Part shown: positions 7,686-16,877 of the stretch, piece after piece
How positions within the stretch are numbered: position 1 is the first letter of the stretch
Layout of the letters: every line of letters begins with the position of its first letter
Source of the DNA: an uncultured Peptoniphilaceae bacterium
Lineage (GTDB): Bacteria; Bacillota; Clostridia; Tissierellales; Peptoniphilaceae
DNA: 24,000 nucleotides
Assembly: GCA_964345835.1 (NCBI GenBank)
Contig: CAYFSL010000002.1
Location: forward strand, 52,305-76,304
Direction of reading: 5' to 3'
The notes under the pieces: model-generated
The model's input: only the letters and a program-made list of their open reading frames with translations
Told to the model about the DNA's origin: nothing
The model's database searches: none
Made by a program: the position numbers and the translations under genes

Positions 7686-7719
7686 ATAAAACCACTAAGA
7701 ACACATCTTCTTAGTGGTT
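7686..7719 (-). terminator. Strong hairpin between dnaK and dnaJ (partial terminator, attenuator or mRNA-stability element)
   Basis: Minus strand reads AACCACTAAGAA-GATGTG-TTCTTAGTGGTT (12-bp perfect stem, plus 7690..7719), followed by TTATCTGTT. The U-tract is weak, so read-through is likely. Confidence 0.55.
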
Positions 7720-7761
7720 CTATTCCTATTATTTTCTTAAATCGATACTTTCGACCAAAAA

Positions 7762-9591
7762 TTACTTGTCTTCGTCTTCGTCATCGATTACTTCATAGTC
7801 TGCTTCAACAACGTCATCATCAGCCTTTGCTCCTTGACCAGGGCCAGCTTGTTGGCCAGTTTGAGAATAAAGCTTTTCGCTCATCTTATTTAATTCACCA
7901 GTCAATTCTTCAATCTTAGCCTTGATTTCATTTACATTATCAGACTTGATAACTTCCTTAAGTGAAGCATTCTTTTCTTCAATAGCCTTCTTTTCGCTAT
8001 CGCTGATCTTATCTCCAAGGTCCTTTAAGGTCTTATCAACTTGGTAAGAAATTGTTTCAGCTTGGTTTCTGACTTCGATCAATTCAGCCTTCTTCTTATC
8101 TTCTTCCGCAAAGGCTTCAGCATCCTTAACCCTCTTTTCGATTTCTTCTTCTGTTAAGTTAGCTGATGCTGTAATTGTAATCTTTTGTTCCTTTCCTGTA
8201 CCAAGGTCTTTAGCAGATACGTTAACGATACCATTTGCATCTATGTCGAAAGTTACTTCAATTTGTGGTACTCCTCTTGGAGCTGTAGGTATACCTGAAA
8301 GTTGGAACCTTCCTAGGGTAGTATTGTCTGCAGCCATCTTTCTTTCCCCTTGAAGAACGTGGATGTCAACGGCTGTTTGTCCGTCTGCTGCAGTTGTAAA
8401 TACTTGTGACTTCTTTGTTGGTATTGTAGTATTTCTTTCTATTAACACTGTAGATACGCCACCAAGAGTTTCTAGACCTAATGATAGTGGAGTAACATCA
8501 AGTAATAGAAGGTCTTTAACTTCACCAGATAGGATACCACCTTGGATTGCAGCACCTAGAGATACTGATTCATCTGGGTTGATGTCCTTTTGAGCTTCCT
8601 TACCTATTAACTTCTTAACCGCTTCTTGTACTGCAGGAACCCTTGTTGAACCACCAACTAGAAGAACCTTGTCTATTTCTGAACTGTCTACTCCAGCATC
8701 CTTCATTGCTAATTTTACTGGCTCTAAAGTTTCATCAACTAGGTCAGCAATTAACTCTTCAAACTTAGACCTTGAAACATCTAGGTTCAAGTGAGCTGGA
8801 ACTCCGTTTATAGCTGTGATAAATGGTAGGTTGATGTTGGTTGACATAGAGCTTGATAACTCTTTTTTAGCCTTTTCAGCAGCATCTTTTAACCTTTGTG
8901 CAGCTGTTGGATCCTTCAATAAGTCAATTCCATTTTCCTTCTTAAATTCATCAGCTATATAGTGCATTAGCCTTTCATCAAAGTCATCTCCACCTAGTCT
9001 GTTATTACCTCTTGTAGCCATAACATCAACAACCCCATCAGCAACTTCAAGGATTGAAACGTCGAAGGTACCACCACCTAGGTCAAACACCATAATCTTG
9101 ATGTCATGGTCTTCTTTTTCCATACCATATGATAGGGCTGCAGCTGTTGGTTCGTTGATAATCCTCTTAACTTCTAGGCCAGCGATCCTACCAGCATCCT
9201 TTGTAGCCTGTCTTTGTTCGTTTGTAAAATAAGCAGGAACTGTAATTACCGCTTCAGTAACTTCTTCTCCCAAATATTTTTCTGCGTCCGCCTTTAATTT
9301 TTGAAGGATCATGGCAGATATTTCTTCTGGAGAGTATTCCTTGTCATCAATCTTAACCTTATAATCTGTACCCATTTCTCTCTTGATAGATGAAATAGTC
9401 CTATCAGGGTTCATGATCGCTTGTCTTTTTGCTGTTAAACCTACTAATCTTTCTCCATCCTTGGTAAATGCTACTACTGATGGTGTAGTCCTATCTCCTT
9501 CAGCGTTTGTGATAATTGTAGCTTGTCCACCTTCCATTACTGATACTGCAGAGTTTGTTGTACCTAAGTCAATTCCTATAATTTTTCCCAT
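7762..9591 (-). CDS. dnaK: Molecular chaperone DnaK (Hsp70)
   Basis: 609 aa with Hsp70 signatures [18 protein letters not shown] and [14 protein letters not shown], plus an acidic C-terminus. AAAGGAGAT lies upstream of the ATG. Confidence 0.98.
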   Translation of the reverse strand: MGKIIGIDLGTTNSAVSVMEGGQATIITNAEGDRTTPSVVAFTKDGERLVGLTAKRQAIMNPDRTISSIKREMGTDYKVKIDDKEYSPEEISAMILQKLKADAEKYLGEEVTEAVITVPAYFTNEQRQATKDAGRIAGLEVKRIINEPTAAALSYGMEKEDHDIKIMVFDLGGGTFDVSILEVADGVVDVMATRGNNRLGGDDFDERLMHYIADEFKKENGIDLLKDPTAAQRLKDAAEKAKKELSSSMSTNINLPFITAINGVPAHLNLDVSRSKFEELIADLVDETLEPVKLAMKDAGVDSSEIDKVLLVGGSTRVPAVQEAVKKLIGKEAQKDINPDESVSLGAAIQGGILSGEVKDLLLLDVTPLSLGLETLGGVSTVLIERNTTIPTKKSQVFTTAADGQTAVDIHVLQGERKMAADNTTLGRFQLSGIPTAPRGVPQIEVTFDIDANGIVNVSAKDLGTGKEQKITITASANLTEEEIEKRVKDAEAFAEEDKKKAELIEVRNQAETISYQVDKTLKDLGDKISDSEKKAIEEKNASLKEVIKSDNVNEIKAKIEELTGELNKMSEKLYSQTGQQAGPGQGAKADDDVVEADYEVIDDEDEDK

Positions 9592-9677
9592 AATAATATC
9601 TCCTTTTCTTTAGTTTATTCTAATAGTATTTTTATCTCTTCATCTATACAAAGTCTTTATAGCCCCTGGCTTAAGAC

Positions 9678-10256
9678 TTATTTACTTACTTTAACCATGG
9701 CTGGTCTAATGACTTTATCCTTTAACTTATAGCCTACTTGGAAGGCTTCAATTATATGTTCTGATTCAACCTCGTCACTTTCCTCCATAAAAATAGCTTG
9801 ATGGAAGTTAGGGTCAAATTTTTCTCCTACCCCATCATACCTTTCAAGTCCTTCATCTTCTAAGACCTTCATTAACTCATTTCTTATCATATCAACTCCC
9901 TCATAGAAGGAATCGTGTTCCTTTTCACTAGCCATTGCCCTTTCTAGGTTGTCTATCACAGGGAGAAGTTTAATAATCAATTTCTCTGATGCATAGGCAT
10001 AAATATCAGATTTTTCCTTTTCAGTCCTAGTCCTATAATTTTGAAAGTCTGCCTGTAACCTAGCCAAGCTAGTCCTTAGACTTTCATCTTCTGGGTTAGA
10101 AACTTCCTTCGCTTCTTCTTTTACTTTTTCATTTTCTTCGCCCTCCGTTGAGTTACCAGGGCTTTGATCTATAAGCTCCGGCTCTTCAACCAGGTCCTCT
10201 TGACCTAAATCTACTTTCTCTTCTAAATTCTCTTTATTCTTTTCATCCATCGTCAT
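9678..10256 (-). CDS. grpE: Nucleotide exchange factor GrpE
   Basis: 192 aa with an acidic N-terminus, RLQADFQNYRTRTEKE (the GrpE coiled-coil signature) and a C-terminal FDPNFHQA...GY...VIRPAMVKV. Confidence 0.95.
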   Translation of the reverse strand: MTMDEKNKENLEEKVDLGQEDLVEEPELIDQSPGNSTEGEENEKVKEEAKEVSNPEDESLRTSLARLQADFQNYRTRTEKEKSDIYAYASEKLIIKLLPVIDNLERAMASEKEHDSFYEGVDMIRNELMKVLEDEGLERYDGVGEKFDPNFHQAIFMEESDEVESEHIIEAFQVGYKLKDKVIRPAMVKVSK

Positions 10257-10291
10257 CTTTATCTCCTAATATATTTATATTACTAACCTGC

Positions 10292-11302
10292 TTATACACT
10301 GTTAATGATATATCTACCTATTAACAAAAGATCAGATATTACCTTGTCATACTCCATAACAACTGGACCTATAACCGCAAGCTTTCCTCTAAGCCCTTCA
10401 CTATTATTAAAGGTCATCGATATTATAGACAGGTCATTAAATTCTTCTATACCGATTTCATCTCCGATATAAATCTGAAGTCCTTGCCTGTCATCTCGAA
10501 ATAAAATCTCAAGCATAGGATTGTCTTTTATGATGTAGTCTATAAGCTCTCTATTGCTATCTATGTCCAAATCATTGTATTTATAGATGTTACCCAGACC
10601 CTCATATATGGTCTTTGGCTGACCCATCTTCCATACTTCTTCCTCTATCCTAGGTATTAAGAAATCAAGGAGTTGATTTTCTAACCTAAGGACTTCAAAC
10701 ATATTGGAATGAAGCTTTTCAATGATTTCTTCAGGATTAAGATTTATAAGCGAAGAATTCAAAATAGAATTTATCAAGTTTACTTTTTCTAGGCTAACTG
10801 GCGTATGTAACCTTATCGCCTCATGTCTTACTGACCTGGTGTTGTAGATATACATAATCACTAAATCCCTAGGTCCTAGCATGACAACATTTATATACTT
10901 AAGTAGCAAATTCTTTGATTCAGGAATAACTGCAACAGCCGTATAATTAGTTACCGCCGATAATATCTTGGTGGCATTTGAAATAACTGAGTCAAACTCA
11001 CTTGACTTGTTAAGCCCACTAGCATCTATAAGCTCATTGCCCGTATTCCTAAATGGCACTTTATCTGAAAGAAGGGCATCAACATATAGCCTATATCCCC
11101 TATTAGAAGGAATCCTACCAGATGACGAATGGACCTTTACCAGATATCCTAGGTCTTCAAGGTCGCTCATATCATTTCTAATAGTTGCAGCACTCACTCC
11201 TATATCTGTTTCTTTAGATAGGGTTCTTGATCCCACTGGCTCTTTTGACTCAGTATATGATTTAATTATTGAGTTTAATATTTTTAACTTTCGATCATCC
11301 AT
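10292..11302 (-). CDS. hrcA: Heat-inducible transcription repressor HrcA
   Basis: 336 aa with an N-terminal winged-helix region (RKLKILNSIIKSYTESKEPVGSRTLSK....VSAATIRNDMSDLEDLGYL). It is the first gene of the hrcA-grpE-dnaK-dnaJ order. CIRCE operators lie upstream. AAAGGAGG lies upstream of the ATG. Confidence 0.93.
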   Translation of the reverse strand: MDDRKLKILNSIIKSYTESKEPVGSRTLSKETDIGVSAATIRNDMSDLEDLGYLVKVHSSSGRIPSNRGYRLYVDALLSDKVPFRNTGNELIDASGLNKSSEFDSVISNATKILSAVTNYTAVAVIPESKNLLLKYINVVMLGPRDLVIMYIYNTRSVRHEAIRLHTPVSLEKVNLINSILNSSLINLNPEEIIEKLHSNMFEVLRLENQLLDFLIPRIEEEVWKMGQPKTIYEGLGNIYKYNDLDIDSNRELIDYIIKDNPMLEILFRDDRQGLQIYIGDEIGIEEFNDLSIISMTFNNSEGLRGKLAVIGPVVMEYDKVISDLLLIGRYIINSV

Positions 11303-11366
11303 GCTGCCTCCTTTCCCTTCGCATCCTTATCATAATTTTTTCTTAGCAAATTGTATGTGTAGGTCT

Positions 11367-11393
11367 TTAGCACTCCTTTACTTTAACTGCTAA
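11367..11393. promoter_or_regulatory. CIRCE-like HrcA operator, promoter-proximal and imperfect
   Basis: TTAGCACTC-N9-AACTGCTAA versus the consensus TTAGCACTC-N9-GAGTGCTAA (left arm 9/9, right arm 7/9). It sits at or just after the predicted transcription start, 65 nt upstream of the hrcA ATG. Confidence 0.7.
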
Positions 11394-11397
11394 TACT

Positions 11398-11426
11398 ATG
11401 ATAAGGCATGGAATCATTTTTGTCAA
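11398..11426 (-). promoter_or_regulatory. Near-consensus sigma-A promoter of the hrcA operon (TTGACA-N17-TATCAT)
   Basis: On the minus strand, -35 TTGACA is at plus 11421..11426 and -10 TATCAT at plus 11398..11403, with exactly 17 nt between. It is flanked by the two CIRCE elements. Confidence 0.65.
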
Positions 11427-11433
11427 GGGTTTT

Positions 11434-11460
11434 TTAGCACTTGTCACTTAAGAGTGCTAA
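11434..11460. promoter_or_regulatory. CIRCE HrcA operator, distal and near-perfect
   Basis: TTAGCACTT-N9-GAGTGCTAA (left arm 8/9, right arm 9/9). It lies 7 nt upstream of the -35 hexamer. Confidence 0.85.
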
Positions 11461-11831
11461 TATCGTAGAAAGGTCTAAATTACAAGGCCTTATCCTGCCT
11501 TTGCAAAGTTTCTATTAAAAAAGATTTATCTATTATTGAAAATATTATAGGAATTTTTAATTATTTATCCCCTATAGGAAATAATAGCTTATAGAAAAAT
11601 ATATCCACAATAAAATAAGGAGGTTGGATTTTCATCTTATACATCCTAAGCCTATATTAGCAAAGCAATCTTACAGCTAAGTTACAGGATGAATTATTTT
11701 TATAAAGCTATAATTTCAAAGTTTGCTTTAGACCACATCTTTCTAAGTCACTTAAATCTTACCACTATATCCATTGGATATTTGGCAATAGACAAGAAAA
11801 GGGCAAATATTTCTATCCGCCCCTATATTTC

Positions 11832-12956
11832 TTATATTATTTCAATGTAAAACTGGTTGGCTACGTCAAACCCGTAATCTGTAAAGGCAAATTTACCTCC
11901 ATCTATCTTGACAATTCCATAAGCTTCATACTTTTCGATAATTTTCCTATATTTATCAAGAAAATCTATATCGAATCTTCTATTTATTTCATCTATGGAA
12001 AAACCCCCAACCATCCTCATGGACATGATTATATATTCCTTTTCCAAATCCTCTTTGCTAAGCCTTTCTTCCTCTTCTACGGGAAGCCTAGCCTGGTCGA
12101 TAGCCTTATAATAATCTTCAAAGGACCTAAAGTTTTTCCTCCTTACTGAATCATACATGCCAACCGCCCCCAAGCCAACTGCTAGATAGGGGTCTTGCTT
12201 CCAATATTTCATATTGTGCCTTGAAGGCTTTCCATTTTTATAAAAATTAGACACTTCATACCTTTTAAACCCCATCTCGGCAAGGTCTTTTTTCACCAGG
12301 TCAAACATATCTCTTTCGAGGTCATCATCTATTAAACTTATCAGGCCCTTGTCGACCCAGTACTTAAAAAGGGTCCTATCTTCCAAGATTAGGGTGTAAT
12401 AGGAGATATGGTCAAGGTCTAAATCTTTTATGGTTTTTAGGTCCTCCTTAAGGATTTCCATATCCTGCTTGGGGTTAGCAAGCATCATATCAATACTGAT
12501 ATTTTTAGCCCCTAACTTTCTTAGCATCTCTATGTCTTTAACAGCTACCTCCTTGCTATGCTTCCTACCAAGGATATTAAGGATTCCATTATCAAAGGTC
12601 TGTACCCCTAGACTATACCTATTAATACCAGAATCAAGATAGGTCCTAATTTTTTTAGAATCAAGGGTGTTGGGGTTCATTTCAATCGATATTTCAGCAT
12701 CTTCATCAATGATAAATACCTCTCTCAAAAGATCCATTAGCCTCTCTATGTAGGTTGAATCTAAGTAGGACGGTGTCCCTCCCCCTATGAAAACTGTATC
12801 TAGTTGGTAGCCTTTCCCCCTGTAAAGTTCAATCTCCCTAAATAGGTAGGACATGTATTCCCCTATCCTCCTATCCGCATTGGCAAAGGTCAAAAAATCG
12901 CAATAATTACACTTATATGGGCAAAAGGGTATGTGAATATATAGGCCAAATTTCAT
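11832..12956 (-). CDS. hemW: Radical SAM heme chaperone HemW (HemN-like, formerly annotated as oxygen-independent coproporphyrinogen III oxidase)
   Basis: 374 aa with the N-terminal LYIHIPFCPYKCNYCDF (CxxxCxxC), GGGTPS, and a HemN_C-like C-terminus. Its position between lepA and hrcA matches B. subtilis. Confidence 0.88.
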   Translation of the reverse strand: MKFGLYIHIPFCPYKCNYCDFLTFANADRRIGEYMSYLFREIELYRGKGYQLDTVFIGGGTPSYLDSTYIERLMDLLREVFIIDEDAEISIEMNPNTLDSKKIRTYLDSGINRYSLGVQTFDNGILNILGRKHSKEVAVKDIEMLRKLGAKNISIDMMLANPKQDMEILKEDLKTIKDLDLDHISYYTLILEDRTLFKYWVDKGLISLIDDDLERDMFDLVKKDLAEMGFKRYEVSNFYKNGKPSRHNMKYWKQDPYLAVGLGAVGMYDSVRRKNFRSFEDYYKAIDQARLPVEEEERLSKEDLEKEYIIMSMRMVGGFSIDEINRRFDIDFLDKYRKIIEKYEAYGIVKIDGGKFAFTDYGFDVANQFYIEII

Positions 12957-13016
12957 CTTTTATCCTCTCTTTTTTTCATAAAGTAACCTTCCTAATTTTA
13001 CAAGTCTAATACTATA

Positions 13017-13050
13017 ATAGAAAAGCTGAGAATAAATCATATTCTCAGCT
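13017..13050 (-). terminator. Rho-independent terminator after the OatA-like gene
   Basis: AGCTGAGAAT-N7-ATTCTCAGCT (10-bp stem, plus 13024..13050). The minus strand continues TTTCTATTAT. The plus side is also T-rich. Confidence 0.6.
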
Positions 13051-13080
13051 TAATTTTTATCTTATAGACCATCTTTATCG

Positions 13081-15036
13081 CTATTTTGAGTTGCTATCAA
13101 GGGCAGCAAAGATAAGGTCCAGCATGGCATCGACACCAATTCTCATCAAATGGGTCTTGTCTTTAGCCAGGTATTCTGGATGGTCTTTTACCTTGTTGTA
13201 CCAGTCGATTAAATATATGTTTGGATGCTTGTCAGTATATGACTTTAAAGTATCATTGACTTCTTTTTCCCAGATATCAGGCATTTTCACATTGATAAAG
13301 TAAATATCGCTCTTCTTAAATGGTTTAACAATTTCATCCACATGACTTTCCCTAAATCGACCGTTGGTTCCTAGCATAAAAATAACGGCTGTGGTATCTG
13401 AATCATAGCTTGCATATTTTCTAGCTATTGGTCCCGACTTATATAGTTGCCTACTAACTTTTCCATCTACAATGGTATTGTCAAAAACCTTCTTAACAGC
13501 AGGCCCGACATTTACTGATAGGGAGTCTCCTATGACTACAATCCTATCATACTTGTGCCTATGGTACTTGTCCTTTGTAGTAGTTGGACTATCCTTATCC
13601 TTGTCACCATCTCCCTGGTTTTCACCATCCTTTGTATTTTTACCCTTTTCACTTGGATTGGGATTTTCGGTTTCCGGCTTGGTATTTGTAGCAGGCTTGG
13701 AAGATGGTGGATTTTTAGCTTCTTTTTCGCCATCCTTACTTGTAGCTTTATTTGTTTTTCCTTTATTAGTTTCGCTCTCTGTAGGTTTTTCCTGGCCTAC
13801 AACTATAGAACTTTCTAAGTCAACCTTATTGTTGTTAGCAAAAGCTGTAGAAGTGTAGGGCATAGCAAGGCCAAAGATTCCCATCACAAACAAGATAGAA
13901 AAGGCGGTTGCAGCCACCACTCTAGGATATTTCAACCTTTTATTTTTTGCTTTTTTATCTATAAACAAAGACTTAATATATGGTATAAGCCTCCCTTTGC
14001 CCGTTAATCGTCCCACTAAATACTGGGTAAGAATCGAAAGTGCCGTAAATACAATAACCCTTAATAGGGTGTATAAGAAATTAGGTCCAGTGATTTCCCT
14101 TGAAGATTCAGAAAGGACTACTACTGGGAAGTGCCATAGGTATAATTCGTATGACAATTTACCGATTAGCAACAACCATGATAGGCCCATTGGAATCCTC
14201 ATTTGTGACCAAGAAAAAATCATTACAAGGCCTAGGATACAGGTCAAGAGAAGTCCAAAAGGATATATCCAATAAGATAGCTCCGATATATAATTGCTGG
14301 CAAGAATAAATATTATAAGGCTTCCATAAGCACTAGCTTTTATTAACCATCCCCTCTTAGCTCCCAGCTTTCTTAAATCATATAAGGAGAATAGGTATCC
14401 AAATATAGCTCCAAGAAAGAATTCAAAAATCCTCGTATCAGTTCCATAGTAGGTCCTACTAACATTTTCCACATCAAATAATATGATATGAAGCAATAGA
14501 CTTACCAACACTATTAAAGAGCTAGTTATTAAAAAGATTTTCCTATCCCTTACTATCTTTTTTCCCTTATGAGTAAATTTAAATACCAATCCTAGAATAA
14601 GATAGGCCTGGAAAAGTACCCCCAGGTACCAAAGATGCTTAAATGGGCTAGTTGCATAACTATCAAAGTATCCAACCTTCCTTATTATATACCACCAATT
14701 ACTTGTAAATGTAAGCCCTGCGACTGCGTCCTTATGAGAACTAACAAGGGTCTCCTTGTTAAATAAAACCATGAAAATAAGGGTAAGAGCAATCATTATA
14801 AATAGGCTAGGATATAGCTTTTTCAATCTCCTTACAAGGAAGGATTTAAATGAGAACCTCCCATCTCTCTCATAGGATGCTTTCATAGATGTCATGGCAA
14901 GATATCCTGAAAGAACGAAAAACAAAGTTACCGCTAAAAAACCTCCGGGTAAAAAGTTCGCGTTAATATGATATATAACTACAGCTATAATTGAAATAGC
15001 TCTAAGTAATTCAATTCCTCTAAATGTTTTTTTCAT
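13081..15036 (-). CDS. OatA-like O-acetyltransferase: acyltransferase-3 polytopic membrane domain, low-complexity linker, and C-terminal SGNH/GDSL domain
   Basis: 651 aa. The N-terminal ~380 aa carry ~10-11 hydrophobic segments and begin FRGIELLRAISIIAVVIYH, typical of acyltransferase family 3. A P/T/K/E/N-rich linker follows at ~aa 400-490. The C-terminus has SGNH blocks IVVIGDSLS, MLGTNG and DKTHL (DxxH). This domain order is that of peptidoglycan O-acetyltransferase OatA. Confidence 0.8.
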   Translation of the reverse strand: MKKTFRGIELLRAISIIAVVIYHINANFLPGGFLAVTLFFVLSGYLAMTSMKASYERDGRFSFKSFLVRRLKKLYPSLFIMIALTLIFMVLFNKETLVSSHKDAVAGLTFTSNWWYIIRKVGYFDSYATSPFKHLWYLGVLFQAYLILGLVFKFTHKGKKIVRDRKIFLITSSLIVLVSLLLHIILFDVENVSRTYYGTDTRIFEFFLGAIFGYLFSLYDLRKLGAKRGWLIKASAYGSLIIFILASNYISELSYWIYPFGLLLTCILGLVMIFSWSQMRIPMGLSWLLLIGKLSYELYLWHFPVVVLSESSREITGPNFLYTLLRVIVFTALSILTQYLVGRLTGKGRLIPYIKSLFIDKKAKNKRLKYPRVVAATAFSILFVMGIFGLAMPYTSTAFANNNKVDLESSIVVGQEKPTESETNKGKTNKATSKDGEKEAKNPPSSKPATNTKPETENPNPSEKGKNTKDGENQGDGDKDKDSPTTTKDKYHRHKYDRIVVIGDSLSVNVGPAVKKVFDNTIVDGKVSRQLYKSGPIARKYASYDSDTTAVIFMLGTNGRFRESHVDEIVKPFKKSDIYFINVKMPDIWEKEVNDTLKSYTDKHPNIYLIDWYNKVKDHPEYLAKDKTHLMRIGVDAMLDLIFAALDSNSK

Positions 15037-15065
15037 CTTGTCACTTTACTTATCTTAATGATATA

Positions 15066-16877
15066 TTATTCATCTTCGTCATACTTTAGAACTGATAAGA
15101 AGGCTTCTTGCGGAACTTGCACTGACCCTACTGATCTCATACGCTTCTTACCTTCTTTTTGTTTTTCAAGCAACTTTTTCTTCCTTGAAATATCCCCACC
15201 GTAACACTTGGCAAGGACGTCTTTTCTTAAAGCCCTTACAGTTTCTCTAGCTATTACCTTTGATCCAACAGCAGCTTGAACTGGGATAGCAAATTGGTGT
15301 CTTGGAATTTCGTCCTTCAGCTTATTAACTATCTTCCTTCCCCTGTCATAGGCCTTGTCCCTGTGGACAATAATTGATAAGGCATCAACCACTTCGCCAT
15401 TTAATAGGATATCAAGCTTAACTAAGTCAGACTCTTGGTAACCCTTGTATTCATAGTCGAAAGAAGCATAGCCTCTAGTCTTTGACTTGATAGCATCGAA
15501 AAAATCATAAATTACCTCATTAAGAGGTAATAGGTATTTGATTGTTACCCTCTTCTTATCTAGATAGGTCATATCAAGGTAGACTCCCCTTCTTTCCTGG
15601 CAAAGCTCCATAATTGCTCCAATGTAGTTTTCTGGAGTCATTATGTCAGCCTCTACAAGGGGCTCTTCTATCTTATCAATCAAGGTTGCATCCGGAAAGT
15701 CCGTTGGATTTTGTAGGTCAAGTTGGCTGCCATCTTTCATGTATACCTTGTAGATTACAGATGGGGCAGTTGCAATAATATCTAAATTAAACTCCCTATC
15801 TAGTCTTTCTTGTACTATCTCCATATGAAGAAGTCCTAAAAATCCCGTTCTAAATCCAAACCCAAGGGCAGCTGAAGATTCAGCCTCAAATACTAGGGCT
15901 GCATCATTTACTTGCAACTTTTCTAGGGCTTCACGGATATTGTTATAGGATTCCCCTTCAGCCGGATAAAGTCCTGAGTAAACCATTGGAAGGACTTTTT
16001 TATACCCTGGTAGGGCTTCACTTGCCGGGTTCTTGTTATCAGTGATTGTATCCCCAACTCTAGCATCCTTTATATTCTTTATTGATGCGACAACAAAGCC
16101 AACATCTCCCGTATCTATATAATCAGTGTTGACCATCCCCCTCATGGTGTATCCTACTTCAACGACCTCGAAGACCGCTCCTGTAGACATCATCTTTATC
16201 TCCATGCCAGGCTTTATCTTTCCATCAACAACCCTGACATACATGACTACTCCCTTGTAGGAGTCGTAGTAGGAGTCAAAAATCATGGCCCTTAATTGCC
16301 CATCATCGTCTCCTTCTGGTGCAGGTATTTGTGTAACTATAGCTTCAAGGACATCGTCGATATTCAGCCCCGCTTTAGCAGATATGCAAGGAATGCCCTC
16401 GGTATCAAAAGCTAAAATCTCCTCTATTTCATCCTTAACTTCGTCAATCCTGGCAGATGGAAGGTCAATTTTATTAATAACTGGAATTATTTCTAAGTCC
16501 TGGTCAAAGGCTAAATAGGTGTTAGCTAAAGTTTGTGCTTCCACCCCTTGAGTCGCATCTACAATCAATAGGGCCCCTTCACAAGCGGCCAGCGACCTAG
16601 ATACCTCATAGTTAAAGTCGACATGACCTGGAGTGTCGATTAAGTTTAGGGTATATCTCTTTCCATCCTTAGCGTCGTAAAAAATCTTTACCGCCTTTAA
16701 TTTTATAGTTATTCCTCTTTCTTTTTCTAGCTCCATAGAGTCCAAAAGTCTGTCTTTCATCTCCCTTTCGGAAATGGCACCAGTCCTCTCAATAAGCCTG
16801 TCTGCCAGAGTAGACTTTCCATGGTCTATATGAGCTATAATAGAAAAATTCCTAATATTCTCCTTATTATTGTTCAT
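15066..16877 (-). CDS. lepA: Translation elongation factor 4 (LepA)
   Basis: 603 aa with GTPase motifs [14 protein letters not shown] and NKID, and the LepA-specific C-terminal region ([44 protein letters not shown]). GGAGGATAG abuts the ATG. Confidence 0.97.
   Translation of the reverse strand: MNNNKENIRNFSIIAHIDHGKSTLADRLIERTGAISEREMKDRLLDSMELEKERGITIKLKAVKIFYDAKDGKRYTLNLIDTPGHVDFNYEVSRSLAACEGALLIVDATQGVEAQTLANTYLAFDQDLEIIPVINKIDLPSARIDEVKDEIEEILAFDTEGIPCISAKAGLNIDDVLEAIVTQIPAPEGDDDGQLRAMIFDSYYDSYKGVVMYVRVVDGKIKPGMEIKMMSTGAVFEVVEVGYTMRGMVNTDYIDTGDVGFVVASIKNIKDARVGDTITDNKNPASEALPGYKKVLPMVYSGLYPAEGESYNNIREALEKLQVNDAALVFEAESSAALGFGFRTGFLGLLHMEIVQERLDREFNLDIIATAPSVIYKVYMKDGSQLDLQNPTDFPDATLIDKIEEPLVEADIMTPENYIGAIMELCQERRGVYLDMTYLDKKRVTIKYLLPLNEVIYDFFDAIKSKTRGYASFDYEYKGYQESDLVKLDILLNGEVVDALSIIVHRDKAYDRGRKIVNKLKDEIPRHQFAIPVQAAVGSKVIARETVRALRKDVLAKCYGGDISRKKKLLEKQKEGKKRMRSVGSVQVPQEAFLSVLKYDEDE

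Noticed and set aside
10968-11393. 141-aa plus-strand ORF antisense to hrcA, extending through the hrcA start, leader and proximal CIRCE
   Set aside because: There is no SD. It lies opposite a well-supported hrcA and gives an S/L/P-rich antisense-type sequence. It would read through the hrcA leader and operator.
11484-11506. Possible second hrcA promoter upstream of the distal CIRCE (TTGTAA-N17-TATTAG or TTGCAA-N18-TAATTT)
   Set aside because: The -10 candidates are poor and several registers fit equally badly. It is mentioned only as an alternative in the CIRCE finding and is not called as a feature.
11564-11577. 14-nt exact repeat TTTATCCCCTATAG shared by two intergenic regions (11564..11577 and 23208..23221). 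Related CCCCTATAGG strings occur inside prmA (~5043).
   Set aside because: About two 14-mer coincidences are expected by chance among all position pairs in 24 kb at uniform composition. The motif also occurs inside coding sequence, and there is no flanking similarity.
11561-11644. 27-codon minus-strand small ORF (MYKMKIQPPYFIVDIFFYKLLFPIGDK) in the hemW-hrcA spacer
   Set aside because: The only SD-like AGG abuts the ATG, and there is no supporting promoter. It cannot be distinguished from chance in AT-rich DNA without conservation or ribosome-profiling data.
11767-11781. Perfect 15-bp palindrome ATATCCATTGGATAT as a possible operator
   Set aside because: A 7-bp-arm palindrome is expected roughly 1-2 times per 24 kb by chance. 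It is not positioned relative to any promoter I can identify. It is kept only as a note in the spacer finding.
11689-11850. 53-codon plus-strand ORF in the spacer, running into the hemW 3' end
   Set aside because: It has a weak SD, converges on and overlaps hemW, and has an Ile/Ser/Tyr-rich composition typical of AT-rich non-coding sequence.
12975-13003. Possible hemW promoter TTGTAA-N17-TATGAA
   Set aside because: The predicted transcription start would fall on the SD itself, leaving almost no leader. I could not find a better-placed alternative, so the hemW promoter is left uncalled.
13472-13858. Cluster of alternative-frame ORFs (13472..13858 +, 13555..13818 +, 13536..13733 -) inside the OatA-like gene
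   Set aside because: All lie in the repetitive P/T/K/E-rich linker, where low-complexity codons keep several frames open. None has translation signals.
13081-15036. The idea that the OatA-like gene, or the Wzy-like pair at 18606..20820, is a recently acquired genomic island
   Set aside because: There is no integrase, transposase, tRNA target or flanking direct repeat. By eye, base composition and codon style match the neighbouring core genes.
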